Virus record (IMG/VR): IMGVR_UViG_3300032327_000191
DNA length: 20,000 nucleotides
Direction: 5' to 3' (one strand)
Origin: an uncultured virus (IMG/VR IMGVR_UViG_3300032327_000191)
Taxonomy: Duplodnaviria; Heunggongvirae; Uroviricota; Caudoviricetes
Positions within the stretch are counted from its first letter, which is position 1, and each line of letters begins with the position of its first letter. The translations under genes and the position numbers were made by a program. Below, in pieces: positions 15,691 to 20,000 of the stretch. Below the pieces are notes generated by a model that was not told the DNA's origin, ran no database searches, and worked only from the letters and a program-made list of their open reading frames with translations.

Positions 15691-15736
15691 TTACAAGTTT
15701 GATTGATTTTCAACAACAAAACTTACCAAACTCAAA

Positions 15737-18076
15737 TTAATTGAAGAATGGCGAACTGGTTGCTTGAACTTCGGGCATGACCAAATCCACAGTCATAGAG
15801 CACGCAATAGATAAGGAGTCTACAAAGTCATCGTGGGCGTACGCCTCATCGGGGGCTTCAACGAGGAAGTTCGCACCCTTGTATTGGATTTCTGCATCCA
15901 CCATCTGCTGAGTAAAGCGTTTCCAGACACGAAGTCGGCGGGTTTTAGCGTGGGCAGGGAACGACAGCATACGGCGTTGGATAAGAGCCTGAAGATGCTT
16001 GTACCTCTTAGACTGCTCGGACTGGCTAGATGTGAGGGGAATAACCTCCGCCCGAGGCATCAGAATCTTAAGTCGTTGGGCAACTGCGTCACCAACACCG
16101 TTGGCATCTACGCCGATTGCAAGCACATCGTAGTTACTGAGGAAGTTAACAATCTGAAAATACTGTTCTTCCCAGTCATCGCCCTGAATCTCAAGCCAAT
16201 TCAGTACGCGGTGGTCAAAGTAGCCAAACTCATCTGGTCGGTCCCAATCCACCCACACCACAGTTACAACAGTGGAGTCAAGTTTACGGGCGGGGTCTAC
16301 TCCCACAACGACAGGTGTTTTGTGCCACATCTTAACAAGCTCTTGGGAGGTGTCGCCAAGCTCATCCATGATGCCCTGTGTGACGAACATACCGCGTTCG
16401 AGCAACCACTTGCAGTTGTGCGATGCTAGACCCTCAGCAATAAACGTCTGGGTCGTTGTTTCAAGAGCAACCACTTCTTGCTCTCCAACGAACTCTACGT
16501 CGATAATGCCGGGGTGAAGGAAGTCCTGACCCTTGTGGTCATGTCGTCCAATAGAACCTAACTTATCTACATCTACTTTGTCTAGAAGTCTCTGGGGTCG
16601 AATCGAACCAAGGAACTTGGCTATGTTTGCCCTACCACCAGCTACATTAACGACAGTAACGTCGTTGTTAGTTCCGGTTTCTTTTCTCTCCCAGTGTTTA
16701 AACCCAAGTTCGTCAAGATATTGGCAAACCTTTTTAAGCATGACGTTATCTCGTTGCGAGAACGCCAACATACAGTTCCGGGAAAAATGCCCTTCACCGT
16801 CAAATGCTGCCGCCAGATATCCCGTGCGGTAATCCTCTACAGATTCCCAAGTATCAAACACCTTGAAAATTCTGTCTGTTATGGACAGCTCATCAGTCCG
16901 CTTCCATACCGTACGCCTACCGGCAGTAGACACCAGCCAAAGATGCCCGTCTGAGGCTTCTATAGAAGTTCCGTCAGTTAGGGTAATTCGGTATGTTGGT
17001 CGAGTAATACGGGTAGATTTGGTCACCACAGTTTTGCGTAACTTGCGGTGAGAACCTTTTGAAGAAGCTTCTTCATCAAACCCGACTAGCGTATCCCCTA
17101 CTTTAACCTTGCCAATTTCTACGTACCTTAAATCGGAGGTAAGCACCTTGGTACTTGGAACAAGGCAATTGTACGACATTTGAAATTCATCTGAGTCTTC
17201 GCCAATACGAAGCATCTCTTTCTTAATGAACTTGTCATAGTTTGCGTTGACTTTGGCTACGTCTCGCCAGTCCCATTGGAAGTGATTTTGACGAGCACCT
17301 CGACCTGTTGCTCGACGCTTGTTAAGCTGGATAGAGCGGTAGAAGTTGTTCTTAGAAGTGGTAGGCGTACCGGTTTTAATCATGGTTCCGGCATAGTACG
17401 CAAGCATTGGAGAGATTGACTTGGCGACCGTAAAGTCGTCTGCTTCTTGGCACTCATCGATGACGATGACGTGGAACGACTTAGACTCAATCTTTGCTTT
17501 AGGGTTAGCCGTCATCATTGTGATGGTTGAGCCAGAACGGGTAAGTCGAATCATTCGGGTAACGCCGCCTACACGTTTAGCGGTGTCGTCAATCTCGGGG
17601 TCGCCAAGAATCTCGATAGCGCGTTCCGAGGTGAGTCGGGTAACGGTACGGCTAAACAGGGTTTCTGCCTGAGACTCGGTAGGAGCAAACATGCCGACCC
17701 AGAGTCCGTCTTTAAACTTACCCAATAAGTCCGGGTAGAGCTTAGAAAGTAACGGAAGAATAACCATCAGAGTGGCAAGAGTATCTGACACCGTCTCGGT
17801 TTTACCAGACTGACGAGAAGCCAGTGCAGTAACTTCTTCACCGTCGTTAATAAGGATGGACTCAATGATTCTTCGAGAAAGTGGTTTTTGGTAAACGTGC
17901 AAGTCATGCCCCACGAGCACTACCATAAACTTCATGATTTTGTCAATAAGCTTGTTGACAAATTCTGTGGAAAGTACGTCCTCTTCAATTTCCTCTTCAA
18001 ACTCAGGGACGTCGTTTTCTTCTCGATAAAACTCGGGATTAATCTCCTCAAATTTATCTTCGAACTCAGAATCCAT
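15737..18076 (-). CDS. terL: Terminase large subunit, intein-containing (779-aa precursor, 528 aa spliced)
   Basis: Walker A SRQSGKT, Walker B IVIDE, coupling motif TGTP, nuclease acids GVDPA, GVDANG, HDDFVDS. Confidence 0.96.
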   Translation of the reverse strand: MDSEFEDKFEEINPEFYREENDVPEFEEEIEEDVLSTEFVNKLIDKIMKFMVVLVGHDLHVYQKPLSRRIIESILINDGEEVTALASRQSGKTETVSDTLATLMVILPLLSKLYPDLLGKFKDGLWVGMFAPTESQAETLFSRTVTRLTSERAIEILGDPEIDDTAKRVGGVTRMIRLTRSGSTITMMTANPKAKIESKSFHVIVIDECQEADDFTVAKSISPMLAYYAGTMIKTGTPTTSKNNFYRSIQLNKRRATGRGARQNHFQWDWRDVAKVNANYDKFIKKEMLRIGEDSDEFQMSYNCLVPSTKVLTSDLRYVEIGKVKVGDTLVGFDEEASSKGSHRKLRKTVVTKSTRITRPTYRITLTDGTSIEASDGHLWLVSTAGRRTVWKRTDELSITDRIFKVFDTWESVEDYRTGYLAAAFDGEGHFSRNCMLAFSQRDNVMLKKVCQYLDELGFKHWERKETGTNNDVTVVNVAGGRANIAKFLGSIRPQRLLDKVDVDKLGSIGRHDHKGQDFLHPGIIDVEFVGEQEVVALETTTQTFIAEGLASHNCKWLLERGMFVTQGIMDELGDTSQELVKMWHKTPVVVGVDPARKLDSTVVTVVWVDWDRPDEFGYFDHRVLNWLEIQGDDWEEQYFQIVNFLSNYDVLAIGVDANGVGDAVAQRLKILMPRAEVIPLTSSQSEQSKRYKHLQALIQRRMLSFPAHAKTRRLRVWKRFTQQMVDAEIQYKGANFLVEAPDEAYAHDDFVDSLSIACSMTVDLVMPEVQATSSPFFN
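16415..17167 (-). mobile_element. Intein (251 aa) with one LAGLIDADG-like motif
   Basis: SYN|CLVPSTKVL block A, SDGHLW block B, GYLAAAFDGEG, TFIAEGLASHN|C end with +1 Cys. Confidence 0.93.
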
Positions 18077-18308
18077 TACTTGCCCGTCGTTTTAGTTCTT
18101 GGGTTATTGCGTAGAGAGCTTCGGCACCAAGGTCCGCCTCATCCAACAGAGCTTGGTCATGAGTGCGCATCCAACCAGTAACTTCTTTGCCGATAACAAA
18201 TAGGGCGTTTTCCGCCCACATCACCAGTTCAGGAGTAGAGATACTCGCTACTCTCTTCTGCAACTTGGTCTGGGGCTGGTGTCCATCCGTTTTCTTCTTG
18301 AAAATCAT
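18066..18308 (-). CDS. Small helical protein upstream of terL (80 aa)
   Basis: Likely start ATG 18308 (MIFKKK) within track ORF 18066..18383; stop overlaps the terL start by 11 nt. Start uncertain. Confidence 0.6.
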   Translation of the reverse strand: MIFKKKTDGHQPQTKLQKRVASISTPELVMWAENALFVIGKEVTGWMRTHDQALLDEADLGAEALYAITQELKRRASNGF

Positions 18309-18552
18309 CGTAAGTAAGGTCCCGTCTTTGAACCGCTTTGTTGAGCGCTTCGTCTTCCGTAAGTGTTCCAGTCCAACGACCAAATACTATCGCTTTCCTC
18401 AAAGGAAGTCTCAGGATATAAGGTTCGGCTGTTCGGAATGGTTCCTCAATTTCTTGAGTCCAACCTTTAACAACAACTTTCCACCCCCATTGGGCGGGGA
18501 AGTTAAGGAACTGAATGAACCGAGTTGAGCCGATATTGTGTACCTTTGGCAT
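18229..18552 (-). CDS. Hypothetical protein (107 aa)
   Basis: ATG directly after the tandem stops of the KTSC gene; no motif recognised. Confidence 0.65.
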   Translation of the reverse strand: MPKVHNIGSTRFIQFLNFPAQWGWKVVVKGWTQEIEEPFRTAEPYILRLPLRKAIVFGRWTGTLTEDEALNKAVQRRDLTYDDFQEENGWTPAPDQVAEESSEYLYS

Positions 18553-18555
18553 TTA

Positions 18556-19272
18556 TTAAGATGCTTTCCTTGGTCGGGAAACGTAGCCTGTGCGTCGTCT
18601 AGTTGGAATTTGCCCACCAGATTTAGCCGTACGCTTTTGAGCCTCTACATCGTACGGGGACTTGTAACTATAACCACGATTTGGGCGTGGTTTCTTGTAA
18701 AGTTGCTGAGAACGGGCAACGCGGTAAAGTTGCTCACGCACAATCGGGTCAATGTCTTCGATGTTAGCCTGACCACGTGGCTTACCAATGAACAGACCAT
18801 CAGCACCCTGATTACTGTTTTTGCGGTTAAGCCAAGGGCGTCCTTTAGAATAAGACGCAGAAAAGTTTTCCCACTCACCCGGAGTTACGTCGTAGTAGTT
18901 ATAGAACGTTCCATCACGGAATACTACGGTCATTGTTTTACTTTGGGGGTCGTACCCCGCAGCAACAGTTCGAGGTCGGGTGTAGTTAGTTGACGATGTA
19001 GGGATATCTGTCAACTTCACAATTTGAGACTCAAAGTTTCGTTGGTCTTCTGCAAGGTTTTCGGCAGTCAACGTGTTTTCTTGAGACTCAATGTAGCCTT
19101 GGTCCATGTACTGAGCAGATTCGTTAGCCCAAATTGACGAGAGTCGGTCGTACTTCCCGTACCCTCGGTTAGCTCCAATTGCACGTGGGTTATCCACGTA
19201 GGGTTGCAGGTTTGCCCCTATCTCACCACGAGATGGGAATTGACCCCCTAGGGGCAAACCTGCGTTAGCCAT
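18556..19272 (-). CDS. KTSC domain protein
   Basis: SS.......AAGYDPQSKTMTVVFRDGTFYNYYDV....W..F..S.SKG is the KTSC pattern; basic C-terminus. Confidence 0.8.
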   Translation of the reverse strand: MANAGLPLGGQFPSRGEIGANLQPYVDNPRAIGANRGYGKYDRLSSIWANESAQYMDQGYIESQENTLTAENLAEDQRNFESQIVKLTDIPTSSTNYTRPRTVAAGYDPQSKTMTVVFRDGTFYNYYDVTPGEWENFSASYSKGRPWLNRKNSNQGADGLFIGKPRGQANIEDIDPIVREQLYRVARSQQLYKKPRPNRGYSYKSPYDVEAQKRTAKSGGQIPTRRRTGYVSRPRKAS

Positions 19273-19286
19273 CAGTTACCTAAGAC

Positions 19287-19967
19287 TTAAGCCCAAGGAG
19301 TGATGGTGATAGCCGTACCCGGAGCGATGCTGGCTGCGCCAGCAGCAATGCTCTGAGCTTTGATAGTTCCGGTCGTACCTTTAAGAACGGTACCGGGCGT
19401 AATTGCACCCGAGTTTGCAACGGTCCATCCGCTACCAGCAATGATGAGCGTGCTTCCGTTACCGCCTGTAACAGTCCAAGTACCAACAACTGCGGTGGGA
19501 ATTCCCGTACCTGCGGTGATGGTGACCTTGGTGCCAACTGCCCACGTACCCGTGCCACCAGCAATAGTGATGGTTGCGGCAGTTGTCGTCGTAACGTTGA
19601 CTCCTGTGGGCTGAGTAGCGGTGTTGGTTGCAGCAGTTGCCGTGGTAATGGTGTTTACACCAGTTGCAGCAACGTAGAATCCGTCGTCCTCAAGGGCGTC
19701 AATAGCAAGAGCAGTCGTCTTACCAAGAACGTTAGTGACAGTTATGTAGTCGGTGGGTCCAACGACATCCGAGCCAGCGTTGTTTGCGGTGAAGAGCGGG
19801 TAGCCGCCCCAGTTTGACAAAGCAATAATGTGGTTGTCGAGGGTGGGGTTAAGAAGGTTTGGTTCTACGCGGTCATCGTTCGGCTGGAGCGGAAGGTTGC
19901 CCCAAACGAAATCAACGACTACGTTTCCCTTGTCATCGACAAGGTTTCCGCTATTGTTAGTTGCCAT
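19287..19967 (-). CDS. Probable virion protein with split PASTA-like domain
   Basis: ITVTNVLGKT..LA.DAL...GF and GTIKAQS.AAG....PGTAITIT are the two halves of a PASTA pattern, separated by a Thr/Gly-rich insert. Confidence 0.65.
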   Translation of the reverse strand: MATNNSGNLVDDKGNVVVDFVWGNLPLQPNDDRVEPNLLNPTLDNHIIALSNWGGYPLFTANNAGSDVVGPTDYITVTNVLGKTTALAIDALEDDGFYVAATGVNTITTATAATNTATQPTGVNVTTTTAATITIAGGTGTWAVGTKVTITAGTGIPTAVVGTWTVTGGNGSTLIIAGSGWTVANSGAITPGTVLKGTTGTIKAQSIAAGAASIAPGTAITITPWA

Positions 19968-20000
19968 GATTGTTCTTTCTCTAGAGAGTGAATACCCCTA

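Noticed and set aside
8987..15736. Shared late-promoter motif across intergenic gaps
   Set aside because: Candidate hexamers (CAAAAT, GAACAT, CAAACT) are too inconsistent to call by eye.
1..20000. tRNA, CRISPR array or stop-codon recoding
   Set aside because: No cloverleaf or spaced repeats seen; genes read intact in the standard code and TAA, TAG and TGA all act as stops.

Overview
Virion-morphogenesis region of a tailed dsDNA phage with a contractile (myovirus-type) tail; every credible gene is on the minus strand. In transcription order: PASTA-like protein, KTSC protein, two small unknowns, terminase large subunit with a 251-aa intein, two small proteins, portal, scaffold, major capsid protein, probable capsid accessory protein, extended head-tail adaptor, three fibre/appendage proteins, probable head closure, ten tightly coupled and mostly Lys-rich micro-genes, a terminator and multi-stem leader, then neck and tail-terminator proteins, sheath and the start of the tube. 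Gene order and motifs recall Bxz1-like actinobacterial myoviruses (inference; host not provable here). Highlights: (1) a ~70-aa FCCH-like beta module inserted five times inside host domains of four proteins; (2) the coupled micro-gene cassette with a split DUF5872-like pair and a 13-aa Cys-rich ORF; (3) a ~120-nt structured RNA candidate heading the tail operon; (4) a compact single-LAGLIDADG intein. Family names come from motif recognition by eye, not from database searches.
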